Assembly: GCA_046537785.1 (NCBI GenBank)
Contig: JBKHKD010000005.1
Location: 27,991 to 91,990 of the forward strand
Reading direction: 5' to 3'
From: Actinomycetota bacterium
GTDB taxonomy: Bacteria; Actinomycetota; Acidimicrobiia; Spongiisociales; ZC4RG35
Length of the DNA: 64,000 nt
A model generated the notes under the pieces. The model did no database searches and was not told the DNA's origin. It saw only the letters and a program-made list of their open reading frames with translations. Of this stretch, positions 38,483 to 47,615 are shown one piece after another. A program made the translations under genes and the position numbers. Position 1 is the first letter of the stretch. Each line of letters opens with the position of its first letter.

Positions 38483-39115
38483 TTATCCCGTTGGCGCCAA
38501 GCCACTTTGCCAAAGTGCCTGATCGTCAGCCGGACTGTCAAGGCCGATTCTCCTTATCGGCTTCTTCATCCGGTCACTGAGGACCTGCCCGTCTTCGTAC
38601 ATGAAGTGGTCAAACTCCTCCTCGGTCATGTCTCCGGAGTCGACAAGAGATGAGTACAGCTGCTTGTCGACAAACACCTCCAAGGCAGCAACCGCCTCAA
38701 TCACCGCCAGTCGATAATCCGTCTCCCATACGGCTCTGATCGCAGCCAAGAGAAGGTCGGCATGAATCGGGACGTTTTCTCCCGCCTCAGCCATCCGACG
38801 CACGTCCTCGTGGACAGCCAGTCCGTCGTTAACAACGGCGATCCTGAGTCCCCTACTAAAGAGTCCCACATATTCAATCTCACCTGTCAATGGATACTGG
38901 ATCTCCATGAAGCGGAGATCTGCGACTCGAAGTCGAGGAATGTAGGCCCGACCACTGATGTAGCGATAGGTGTCAATAAGGGCATTCGCGGCCGCCACGG
39001 CTAGGTGAGCTATGCGAGTCCCCTTTTCCTGTGGGGGTGTGTCCGCTGGATAGGTGAGTCCCACCACCATTCGTGTGTATCGGAAGTATCCAGTGCGGTC
39101 TCCGGCGAACTCCAC
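38483..39115 (-). CDS. hypothetical protein
   Basis: 210 aa, GTG start, no recognisable domain. Same strand, between the TA pair and the NACHT gene. Its frame stays open about 90 nt upstream without a canonical start. Confidence 0.4.
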   Translation of the reverse strand: MEFAGDRTGYFRYTRMVVGLTYPADTPPQEKGTRIAHLAVAAANALIDTYRYISGRAYIPRLRVADLRFMEIQYPLTGEIEYVGLFSRGLRIAVVNDGLAVHEDVRRMAEAGENVPIHADLLLAAIRAVWETDYRLAVIEAVAALEVFVDKQLYSSLVDSGDMTEEEFDHFMYEDGQVLSDRMKKPIRRIGLDSPADDQALWQSGLAPTG

Positions 39116-39165
39116 GTTCTTACCGACGAGGCCAGTTGTCTCATCACCACCGATAGGAGCGCCGA

Positions 39166-39456
39166 TCAGGTGTCCCTCGTGAAGTACCTGGTCTGGTCGG
39201 CAACGGTGTCATCATCCGAGGAATCCTGTGAGTTACGCCACATCTTCCGCGTGTCGATCTGCACGGGAGTGCCGTCGATGCGAACTACGTATGTCCCGTC
39301 CTCGAGATAGAGGCAGTAGGGCAGCTCAAGTCGGACTGCTATCGGAACGCCACCGTCCGGCTCAGTCACAGTCCATTTCATGGTGCTCATTCTCAGCTTC
39401 TCAACAAAACCAGTTTCCTTGCGATCGTCGTGGACTTTATGGAGGAGGGCCGACAA
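39166..39456 (-). CDS. hypothetical protein
   Basis: 96 aa, no recognisable domain. 50 nt upstream of the previous ORF in a different frame, so possibly a frameshifted fragment of one larger gene. Confidence 0.3.
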   Translation of the reverse strand: MSALLHKVHDDRKETGFVEKLRMSTMKWTVTEPDGGVPIAVRLELPYCLYLEDGTYVVRIDGTPVQIDTRKMWRNSQDSSDDDTVADQTRYFTRDT

Positions 39457-39511
39457 GAGCTATGGAGGATCTCTGGAAGAGTCGTCAATCAACGAGATCG
39501 GCGACGGCTAA

Positions 39512-39793
39512 CTATGGCTTCGAAGCAGTTTGACCGTATCTCTGACGGGCCGCCTCCCCCGACGTTCCGACCATTGCTCCAATCGATGCCCAGGAGTGTC
39601 CGTTAGCGCGAGCCCTCCGGACGGCGTCGGTTACTCGTTGTTCGGCTTCGGCTCGGGCAAGGAAGGCATGACGTAGCTGTCGAAGGGCGCTCGCGTCCCG
39701 GACGTCGTCTGCGTCTGGCTCGTGGTCTTCGAAGCGAGTAGCCAACTCCTCGGCTTGGTTGATGATCTCTTCAGCGGTTCGTGGCATGGTCAC
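39512..39793 (-). CDS. putative antitoxin (HTH-containing) partner of the BrnT-like toxin
   Basis: 93 aa, acidic N-terminus, C-terminal HTH-like GHSWASIGAMVGTSGEAARQRYG. 4 nt overlap with the upstream toxin gene; toxin-first order as in BrnTA. Confidence 0.45.
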   Translation of the reverse strand: MTMPRTAEEIINQAEELATRFEDHEPDADDVRDASALRQLRHAFLARAEAEQRVTDAVRRARANGHSWASIGAMVGTSGEAARQRYGQTASKP

Positions 39794-40017
39794 CTCAGGT
39801 ACTTTGGGCGGGCTTTCATTGCGTGGACCACGATCGGGCCCTCCTCGGTGCCCACGACGCCGATTTCGTAAAGATTGCCGGCACTATCGGGTCCGATGAA
39901 CATCGTCATTCGCTCGTCGAGGTCCTCGACGAGTATCGGGTTGTTGAAGGCATGGAGGATCGTCTCATCGCTAACACCGTGCGTTCTCGCACTGTCGACG
40001 ATTCGTGGCTTGGTCAC
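39790..40017 (-). CDS. BrnT-like toxin (DUF497 family ribonuclease toxin)
   Basis: 75 aa. HGVSDETILHAFNNP and (R)MTMFIGPDSAGNLYEIGVV...IVVHAMKARPKYL follow the BrnT pattern (HGVSxEEaxEvF.dP ... R.ISARKATK.E). Confidence 0.5.
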   Translation of the reverse strand: MTKPRIVDSARTHGVSDETILHAFNNPILVEDLDERMTMFIGPDSAGNLYEIGVVGTEEGPIVVHAMKARPKYLR

Positions 40018-40069
40018 AAGTTACCTTGCCAAATCGACGACTGCAAGATAACTTGCGACGTCGTAGGAA

Positions 40070-43000
40070 TCATCCGACGAGCCTCAGGGTCGGGGCTGGC
40101 GTTTCGATGGGCTCGAGGGCGATGTCGCGCCATTGCGCGGTCCCCGGTACAACAGGGTCGAGGAGATCGACCTCGGGCCCTACCTCCAACCGAGTCCTGG
40201 CGTAGACGGCCACGGCGGTATCCCACGCTTGCGGATTGGGAGATTCGGATCGGGATCCGATCTCGGCGAGAAGATCTTCTGGCGGGTTTATCTGCGAGAG
40301 CACCGTTCGGGCTGCGACTCGCCTGTCGATCTCCTGGAGGACGTCGCTGTATTCGTCGACCAACCGGGCGTGCTCGTCCATCCAGCGACCTCGGCGCGCC
40401 ATGGCCTCTGCCTCCATCATCGGCTGGTCGACCGCTGCGAGGTCGATGGTCGGCTCGTAGAGGGGGCCGTCCTTGAACAGTTGGAGGAGTTCTTCGCGTC
40501 GATCGATCAGCTGGCGATCGGTCATCGTCTCCGTGGATGGACGAGATTCGGTGGCAGCGGGTCGGACACCGCTGTTGGCGAGCTGGCGGACAAGGCTGTC
40601 GATACGGTTCTCGACTGCCGGTCGACAGTGAAGATGGCCGCAATCGCCGGTGGGCCCTGGCGGGTCGGCCATCCAGATGTGGGTTTCACCGGTCGCTCGG
40701 GACAGGCCCGTGTAGCCATGCTCGGCGGTCATCATCTGATCGACGTAGAGGTGGACCCGGTCGTAGGTGTGGCCCTGGGCGGTGTGGATCGTCTGGGCGT
40801 ATCCGTAGTCGACACTCTGATCGACATACCGTCTCGGCAGGACCACTTCAACCCGGTCGTGGTCACGCCTGAAAGTGAGCTGACCTGAATCGAGGTCGAC
40901 GTGGGCGATGGTTCCCGTTTGTCCGTTGCGGAGGTCGGCGTGGGCGTACCAGTTGCTCCGCACCACGATCCGGTCCCCGGCCTGAAATCGCATTCCCGTC
41001 CGGGTCTCCAAGGCTGGTCCGGCGAGGAGGCCTTCGGATTCCATCCGGGCTCGTGCGAGATGGTTGAGTATGTCGACGTCGGTGCGGCGGCCGGACAACA
41101 TCCGAACGCTGTCGATACCGTGCTCTCTGGTGTCGGCCCACCAGACGTCGACCAGGTCGCTCATGGTGTTCGTGCGGTCGTGGCCGACGTGGACGCGGCC
41201 GGCTTCGGTGTAGTCGAACAGGGTTCGTTCGGTGTTTCCGGCTCGGAGCTGGTCCAGCGCCTCCCGGTCGATGTCGTGCGCCTGTCGTTGGTTCACTTCT
41301 GCGAGGTCGGTGACGACTCCGTGGCCGTCGGCCATGATCCGGTGGAACAGGCCACCCGAGTCGATCGAGGGCAGCTGGTACGGGTCGCCGAGGAGGATCA
41401 GCTTGCCATCAGCGGCGCCGACCAACTCGACGAGACGTGCCAGGTCTTTAGTGGACACCATGGAGGCCTCGTCAGAGACGATCACCGTTCCCGAGGGCAG
41501 GATCTCGTCTCGCTGGTCGAGATGGTGGGTGAGCATGGCGATGGTGCCGGTCCAATGCTCAACGAGGTCTTGGGACAGTCTCTGTGCTGCGCTGGCGGTG
41601 GTTGCCACTCCGATGACGTGATGGCCGGCGGCTTGGGCGGCGTCGGTGTAGGCGCCGATCGCATAGGTCTTTCCCGAGCCGCCCGGACCGGCCACCGCCA
41701 CGACTCGCCCGTCCAGGTCTGCGAGACGTCGGATCGCCCACTCCTGTTGCCTGGTCAGCTCCCGGAGCTTGGCTGCCCGATCCAGCACATCGGCGTCGAT
41801 TCGGACGGGGCTCGGCTGGTGTACGGCGGAGAGGACCCCTTGCTCCCGATCCAGCTGTGTCCGCGTCGTGAACAGAGCGTCATCCGACAGCCACCATCTT
41901 CCGCCCAGCGTGTGGTCGGCGAGGGGGATGGCCTCGCCACGCGCCACCGCCGCTTCGAGGACCCGGTCGACGGCGAGGGCGAGATCGGCGGATGTGGTGC
42001 CTTCGGGGAACGATTCGGCGACGTACGGCAGGAGGTCGCGCTTGGTGAACACCGGCTGCGAGTCCGTGACTTCGACCACGGTCCATTCCGCCGAGTCGGT
42101 CAAGCTTCCCGGGCTAGGACGGAAACGGTGGCGGCCCTCACCGACGACCGCCCGGACGACCTGAGCCGGGTCTTCCGGCGCGTCCGCGGCACGTCGCTGC
42201 CAGTGAGCAACCACGTCCGAGCCCACTCCGTAGTCACGCATCTCCTGGGTGACCGGAGCCTCCCCTCGAGGGTGCTGTTTGGGCTGGCGGGTCTCCAGAG
42301 TGAACTTCTGCAGCATCCTGGCGTGGATCCGACCGCCGTTGCGTGCCGCATACGCTTCCGCCGCTTCGAGGATCTCGGCCCGACGTGTCGAGAAGTGCTC
42401 CAGCAGTTCTCGGGAGAAGCCGCTGATGTCGGCGATCCCGTTCACCACCGGTCCCCAGGAGACACCGAGTCGCCGGGTGAGCTCGTCCCGGAGCACCGTT
42501 TCGTAGATGGTTCCGCCTGCCTTGGCGTGCAGGTAGTTGCGTCGGGCTTCCAGGGCTCTCCAGCCGTCTTCGGTGTGGACCCGGTTGATCACCACCACGT
42601 GGGTGTGGAGCTGGGGGTCGTTGGCCCGTGAGGTGGAGTGGTCGAACGCTGCGGCCACCCATCCATCCGAGTCGACGTACTGCGTGGTCTGCTGCCGCTT
42701 GCAATTTTCGTCCCGCCGGCTTGTCACCTTCCTGGCTTGCGCGCAGTGTTCCTCCATGTACTCCACCGCCTGACCAACTGCCTCCAAATGAGCGTGACGG
42801 ACCTGCTCTCGGATCTGGCTGTCCCCGAAGGCGTAGAGGAGCGACACCGACTTGGGAGCGGACAGCGTGTGGTCGAATGCCGCCACCTTGCCGTGGGATG
42901 CGTGAGCCCGAGTCATCGACTCACCCGAAAGCGTCACGTGACCCATCAACCGGGCGAAAGCCTCCTTGGTCACCGGCGACTCCGGGTCAACACCCGCCGC

Positions 43001-43174
43001 CTCGAGCCCTGAGCCCATCCACCGTGCCGGCGCCTGATGGCTTGCGTAGTAGTCGACCCGGCCATCCTTGCCTACGCCACGCAGGACCGGGACGTCCTCG
43101 CCAACCGAATGGGAGAGCTGTTCGGTGTAGTAGTCCACCGACGCCGCCGACAGCTTCCCGATCGCCAACATCAC
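40070..43174 (-). CDS. MobF-family (TrwC/TraA-like) conjugative relaxase with C-terminal RecD/AAA_30 helicase
   Basis: 1034 aa. N-terminal TrwC relaxase domain with a histidine triad (DPQLHTHVVVINRVH). P-loop helicase (VAVAGPGGSGKTYAIGA) and UvrD_C-like end. Confidence 0.85.
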   Translation of the reverse strand: MMLAIGKLSAASVDYYTEQLSHSVGEDVPVLRGVGKDGRVDYYASHQAPARWMGSGLEAAGVDPESPVTKEAFARLMGHVTLSGESMTRAHASHGKVAAFDHTLSAPKSVSLLYAFGDSQIREQVRHAHLEAVGQAVEYMEEHCAQARKVTSRRDENCKRQQTTQYVDSDGWVAAAFDHSTSRANDPQLHTHVVVINRVHTEDGWRALEARRNYLHAKAGGTIYETVLRDELTRRLGVSWGPVVNGIADISGFSRELLEHFSTRRAEILEAAEAYAARNGGRIHARMLQKFTLETRQPKQHPRGEAPVTQEMRDYGVGSDVVAHWQRRAADAPEDPAQVVRAVVGEGRHRFRPSPGSLTDSAEWTVVEVTDSQPVFTKRDLLPYVAESFPEGTTSADLALAVDRVLEAAVARGEAIPLADHTLGGRWWLSDDALFTTRTQLDREQGVLSAVHQPSPVRIDADVLDRAAKLRELTRQQEWAIRRLADLDGRVVAVAGPGGSGKTYAIGAYTDAAQAAGHHVIGVATTASAAQRLSQDLVEHWTGTIAMLTHHLDQRDEILPSGTVIVSDEASMVSTKDLARLVELVGAADGKLILLGDPYQLPSIDSGGLFHRIMADGHGVVTDLAEVNQRQAHDIDREALDQLRAGNTERTLFDYTEAGRVHVGHDRTNTMSDLVDVWWADTREHGIDSVRMLSGRRTDVDILNHLARARMESEGLLAGPALETRTGMRFQAGDRIVVRSNWYAHADLRNGQTGTIAHVDLDSGQLTFRRDHDRVEVVLPRRYVDQSVDYGYAQTIHTAQGHTYDRVHLYVDQMMTAEHGYTGLSRATGETHIWMADPPGPTGDCGHLHCRPAVENRIDSLVRQLANSGVRPAATESRPSTETMTDRQLIDRREELLQLFKDGPLYEPTIDLAAVDQPMMEAEAMARRGRWMDEHARLVDEYSDVLQEIDRRVAARTVLSQINPPEDLLAEIGSRSESPNPQAWDTAVAVYARTRLEVGPEVDLLDPVVPGTAQWRDIALEPIETPAPTLRLVG

Positions 43175-43324
43175 CCCCTCCCGGCCGGCAACACATCGTG
43201 TTGCAAGTGCGTACGGAGAAATCGCCCTGGCGACGAGAGGACATGTCGTGTCATCGAGGACTCCTGGGTCAGTGGCGAAGAGTCAGCCAGCAACGTGACC
43301 GGCGTCCACATGCGGCTCGACTGA

Positions 43325-43423
43325 CCCTTGCATTAGTCATTGTTAACGATAGAATACCTAGAGATCAAAGGAATTACTAGGAATCAATTGCTGCACCGTG
43401 ATCCTCTTCGGACCCGAAATGGG
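43325..43423. promoter_or_regulatory. AT-rich divergent region between the relaxase gene and xis-int; candidate promoter/oriT region
   Basis: CATTAGTCATTGTTAACGATAGAATACCTAGAGATCAAAGGAATTACTAGGAATCAATTG. The GACATGTC palindrome and other short inverted repeats lie just upstream, at about 43175-43324. Confidence 0.4.
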
Positions 43424-43642
43424 ATGGAGAAGCTCCTTCTCACTCCCGAGGACGCCGCCGACCTCCTTTCAATCGGCCGCTCCAAGCTGTATGAGTTGTT
43501 AGGAGACGGCCGACTCGCCTCGGTTCGCATCGACGGCAGCCGACGTGTCCCGATGAGCGCTCTCGTCGAATTCGTCGACAGCCTCAAGGAGACTTGGAAT
43601 CAACTTCCCGACGTAGGACCCGCCCGGAGACGCAGAAACTAA
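43424..43642 (+). CDS. xis: excisionase (HTH_17/Xis family)
   Basis: ATG at 43424 gives a 72 aa protein (MEKLLLTPEDAADLLSIGRSKLYELLGDGRLASVRIDGSRRVPMSALVEFV). Stop is 1 nt before the integrase start. The track ORF starts at a TTG at 43340 inside the AT-rich tract. Confidence 0.65.
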   Translation: MEKLLLTPEDAADLLSIGRSKLYELLGDGRLASVRIDGSRRVPMSALVEFVDSLKETWNQLPDVGPARRRRN

Positions 43643-43643
43643 A

Positions 43644-44777
43644 ATGAGCATCCACCCCCGAATGACCGACCGAGGGCGTGTCTACGACGTTCGGTACCGG
43701 GGACCAGGCGGTCAAAACTTCTCCCGAACATTCCTCACCAAGCGAGCCGCGCTCGAGTTCGAAGCGCAACAGAGAACAGCCAAGAACCGCGGCACCTGGA
43801 TCGACCCTCGAGGCTCCAAGATCACGGTGCGGGAGCTCGGCCAGGAATGGCTCGACAGCAACCCGACAAAGCGAGACTCCACGTGGGCCCGTGACGAGAG
43901 CGCCCTTCGAATCCACGTCTACCCCGACCTGGGGGACAGGACTATCGGCAGTCTCACCCCGGTCGACATCAGAAGGCTGGTCGCCAAGATGTCCGAGAAC
44001 CTGGCACCTCGATCTGTGCGACGCATTTACGGAGCGCTCCGAGCCGCGCTGAACTATGCCGTCGAGGTCGACCGGCTGGCGAGGACACCCTGCCGAGGCA
44101 TCCACCTTCCGGCTGTCGAGCCGGTGAAAGTCACCGTGCCAGGTCCCGTGGAGCTCATCGAGCTAGCCGACACGATCGACCCGAACTACTCGGCGATGAT
44201 CTGGCTCGGAGCAGTACTCGGTCTCCGCTGGGGCGAAGTAGCAGGACTGCGCGTCGGCAACGTCGACGTGCTCCGCAAGACCGTGACGATCGCCGAGCAG
44301 GTAACCCGAGGTAGAGGTGGGGCGGGCGACATCGGTCCACCAAAATCAGCCGCCGCCCGCAGGACTATCAGCATCCCGGCTGAGCTAGCAGACGAGCTAA
44401 GCGCCCACATGAAGGCCATGGAGCTGACGGGAGCCGACCCTGAGGAGATGCTCTTCCCCAACAACGAAGGAAAGCCACTCGACTACTCCAACTGGCGTCG
44501 CAGAGTCTGGGAGCGAGCCGTCAAGGCCGCCGGCTTAGACGGTCTCAACTTCCATGACCTCCGCAGGACTAACGCCACGGCAATGGTCGCCGAGGGCGTG
44601 GACGTCAAGACGGCACAGGCCAGACTCGGACACTCCGATCCGCGTCTGACGTTGGCCATCTACGCCCAGGCGACGACGGAGGGCGACCGCTCAGCGGCGG
44701 AGAAGCTCGGTGCGCGGCTGATGGGCTCCGGTGATGAGGACGGCGATGCCTCGTCCTCAGTATCAACATCCGTATAA
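43644..44777 (+). CDS. int: tyrosine-type site-specific integrase
   Basis: 377 aa. N-terminal SAM-like domain. Catalytic domain with R...HDLRRT...LGHSDPRLTLAIYAQ (R-H-R-Y). Confidence 0.9.
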   Translation: MSIHPRMTDRGRVYDVRYRGPGGQNFSRTFLTKRAALEFEAQQRTAKNRGTWIDPRGSKITVRELGQEWLDSNPTKRDSTWARDESALRIHVYPDLGDRTIGSLTPVDIRRLVAKMSENLAPRSVRRIYGALRAALNYAVEVDRLARTPCRGIHLPAVEPVKVTVPGPVELIELADTIDPNYSAMIWLGAVLGLRWGEVAGLRVGNVDVLRKTVTIAEQVTRGRGGAGDIGPPKSAAARRTISIPAELADELSAHMKAMELTGADPEEMLFPNNEGKPLDYSNWRRRVWERAVKAAGLDGLNFHDLRRTNATAMVAEGVDVKTAQARLGHSDPRLTLAIYAQATTEGDRSAAEKLGARLMGSGDEDGDASSSVSTSV

Positions 44778-44936
44778 AGGATGAAGCCTCGATGGATCGT
44801 GGTAGTCGAACTCCATCGCGAGTACCGAGATCTCGACAAGGGCCTACGGGTCGCATAGTGAGGGGCCCTGAGATGGGTCCTCACGTGCAGAGCACAGGTC
44901 AGACTCAGCCGTTTCCTGGACCGGCTAGGGGGAAGA

Positions 44937-47615
44937 TCAGGTGGCACGGCGGGGTGGTGTGACCGGGGCGGATCGAACTGAGAGGGCGGTGAGGACGGCG
45001 ATGAGGAGCGGGAGAGCGACGCCGATCGCGACCAGAGCGGGCCAGGGGACGGCGACGAACGAGGAGCGGACAATACCGAAGGGCCCGGCCCAATAGCCGT
45101 CGTCGGCGAGTCCGATCACTTTCATCAGCCCGAGGCCGAGGGGGATGGCGAGGAGGGCGGCGACGAAGGTCTGGTAGCCGGCGAGCACGCCGAGGAAGCG
45201 GCGGCGGATGCTTCCTGGTGCTCCGACCGCGACCACGATGCCGAGGTCGTGGTCGACCTCGGAGGCGGAGACGGCGGTGACGAGGGCGATCACGAGGAGT
45301 ACGACGAGGAGGGTGCCGCCCAGCATGAGGGGGTAGAGGTCGGCGAGGGTGAAGTCGGAGAACCCACCGACAACGTCGAAGTTCAGGTTGACGGATTCCC
45401 GCTCGGAGTCGGTGAGCGGCCTGTCCAGCACGAATAGGGCACGGGTTTGCCGCTCTCCCTCCAGCTCTGCGGCGACCTGTTCTGAGACCAGGATTCGGGA
45501 CATGGCGAAGGAGAGGATCGGCACCGGGAGCTGGGTTACGGTGCGTCGCTCCCCGGCTAGCTCGACGTCGATGGTTCCCTCCTCGACGCCGAGGACGGCG
45601 ATGCCGTCGGTGGCCAGCGCTTCCGCCAGGCCGGGGTGGTCGAGGGCCTGCACCAGCTCCGGTGTCGCCACCGCCACGCTGCTCCCGCCCACGTCTCTGC
45701 TCGGCACCCCCGGGACCTCGCCTTCGCTGATGGGTATCTGCCAGCCGAGGATTGCAGGTGTGTCGATCGCCTCGTAGGGGGCGAGCGTCTCCTCGGGGAT
45801 GACCGCCGCCGCTTGGTGGATGTCGGCTTCGGTGAGGTCGCCTCCGCCTCCGAACATGCCCTCCTCGGGGGCGGCGCCGACCAGGAGCAGGTGGTCTTCG
45901 GGGTGGGGGAGGCCGTGTACCCGTTGCTGCACCTCGGAGGTGGCTTCGAATGCGATCGACACCACCGGGATGATGAGGATCACCAGGGTCGCGGCTACCG
46001 CTACCGCCGAACGGGTGCGGTGGCGGGCGGAGTCGCGAAGCACCAGGCGTGTGGTGCCGGCGACTCGGTCGGCCGCTCGGGAGAGGAGGGCGAGGATGGG
46101 GCCGGCGAGGAGGGCGGTTCCCCCGATGGCCATCGCCCCGCCTATCGGAACGATGACAACTGCGAGGTCGACGGTGGAGGCGAGGGCGACCACAAGCAGG
46201 AGGGCTCCCATCCCGGCGAGGCCCAGGCCGAGGGGAACGATCCAGGGTCGGGGTGGGAAGGCGGGCATGCGTCCTTGGAGGGCGGTGGTGGTGGGCACCC
46301 GGGAGGCGGTACGGGCCGGGATCCACGCAGCGACCGCGGCCGCTCCGACCGCCATCGCCGCCGGGCCCACCACGTCGAGGGGGGTCACACCGATACCCAC
46401 CAGCAGCTTGGTGACGAACTGTTGAAGGAGGGGCCGGGCGGCGAGCAGAACTCCGGTCCCGAGACCGATCCCAGTGGCCGCCCCCAGGGCCCCGACCGCG
46501 AGGCCTTCCCCGAGGACGGTGAGGCGGAGGTGTCGGTCGGAGGCGCCGTTGGCGCCCAACAGGCCGATCTCCCGCAGCCGACGTCGGGTCCCGGCGGCGA
46601 AGGCTGCACCGGCCACGAAGGCGACCTCGAGCAGGAGCAGCGCGGAGACCCCGGTGGAGATCGTAGGAGCGGACTCGACCACGGAGTTGTGCTGCTGCTG
46701 GGAGAGGGCTGCCCTGGTTTCCACCTGGAGATAGGGAACCGTGACCTGAGGGCGGACGGTGGCATCGATCATCCGGTGCGCCTCGGTGCGGGCAGCTTCG
46801 TCGCCTTCCGTGCGGGCGACCTCGACCAAGTGCTCCACCTCGGACTCGTCGAAGTACACGTATATCTCGTCGGGGACGGAGGCCAGCTCCCCTGGCTTGG
46901 GAAGCACCGCCGGCTCGGGCCAGAACTGGCGTCGGTCCTGTTCCCAGCGCTCTGCGAGCGCCTCCGCCGTCGCCACCGGGTCCTCGTCGGCGATGACCAC
47001 CGTCGTTCCGTCGTCCCCGGCCACCGGGTAGATGGCGTCCATCAGCTCCATCGTCACTGTGATGAGCCGCTCCTCGTAGATCCCTGGCGATCCCACCAAC
47101 CCCACCAGCTCCATCGTCTTGCGCTCCACGCCCGGTAGCTCCAGCTCCACCGTGTCACCGGGTTCGACACCGAGCCGCTCGGCGAGCAGCGGGGACAGCG
47201 CCACCTCATCTCCGGATGCTGGCGGCCGGCCTGCGGTGGTCGCCCGCATGGCGCCGGTGATCGGGTCGGCCGGGTCGATGTCACTCATCCTTTCGGTACC
47301 CGCCACCTCCGGGATCAGGTCGGTGCGCACCATCCGCATCACCGTCCATGTGGCAGCCGGACTCACTTCGCCCAGCGTCGACTCCACCCAGGAGAGCACC
47401 CGGGAGTCGTCCGACAACCCCACCCAGATGTCGCCATCACCGAAGATCGACCGCATCGACTCCTCGACGGTGCGCTCACTTGCCCGGAACATCCCCGCAG
47501 CCACCACCGCCACCATCACCGGGACGGCGATCAGGGCCACCAGGAACCCGGTGCGACGGCGGTTGCGGATGGCGTTGCGCCGTGCCACCCGAAGGGCAGC
47601 AGCTCGCCCGCTCAC
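44937..47615 (-). CDS. ABC transporter permease with two FtsX domains and large extracytoplasmic MacB-like domains
   Basis: About 890 aa. GTG start overlapping the ATPase stop (GTGA), N-terminus LRVARRNAIRNRRRTGFLV. Two 4-TM FtsX blocks. The overlapping 473 aa Arg-rich ORF (44905..46326) is an alternative-frame artefact. Confidence 0.75.
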   Translation of the reverse strand: MSGRAAALRVARRNAIRNRRRTGFLVALIAVPVMVAVVAAGMFRASERTVEESMRSIFGDGDIWVGLSDDSRVLSWVESTLGEVSPAATWTVMRMVRTDLIPEVAGTERMSDIDPADPITGAMRATTAGRPPASGDEVALSPLLAERLGVEPGDTVELELPGVERKTMELVGLVGSPGIYEERLITVTMELMDAIYPVAGDDGTTVVIADEDPVATAEALAERWEQDRRQFWPEPAVLPKPGELASVPDEIYVYFDESEVEHLVEVARTEGDEAARTEAHRMIDATVRPQVTVPYLQVETRAALSQQQHNSVVESAPTISTGVSALLLLEVAFVAGAAFAAGTRRRLREIGLLGANGASDRHLRLTVLGEGLAVGALGAATGIGLGTGVLLAARPLLQQFVTKLLVGIGVTPLDVVGPAAMAVGAAAVAAWIPARTASRVPTTTALQGRMPAFPPRPWIVPLGLGLAGMGALLLVVALASTVDLAVVIVPIGGAMAIGGTALLAGPILALLSRAADRVAGTTRLVLRDSARHRTRSAVAVAATLVILIIPVVSIAFEATSEVQQRVHGLPHPEDHLLLVGAAPEEGMFGGGGDLTEADIHQAAAVIPEETLAPYEAIDTPAILGWQIPISEGEVPGVPSRDVGGSSVAVATPELVQALDHPGLAEALATDGIAVLGVEEGTIDVELAGERRTVTQLPVPILSFAMSRILVSEQVAAELEGERQTRALFVLDRPLTDSERESVNLNFDVVGGFSDFTLADLYPLMLGGTLLVVLLVIALVTAVSASEVDHDLGIVVAVGAPGSIRRRFLGVLAGYQTFVAALLAIPLGLGLMKVIGLADDGYWAGPFGIVRSSFVAVPWPALVAIGVALPLLIAVLTALSVRSAPVTPPRRAT

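Noticed and set aside
44905-46326. 473 aa Arg/Pro-rich ORF and similar long Arg-rich ORFs (for example 60900..62039, 45636..47138, 41..42 kb region)
   Set aside because: They are alternative frames of the FtsX permease, dnaX and relaxase genes. The extreme Arg/Pro/Gly composition is characteristic of GC-rich off-frame translation.
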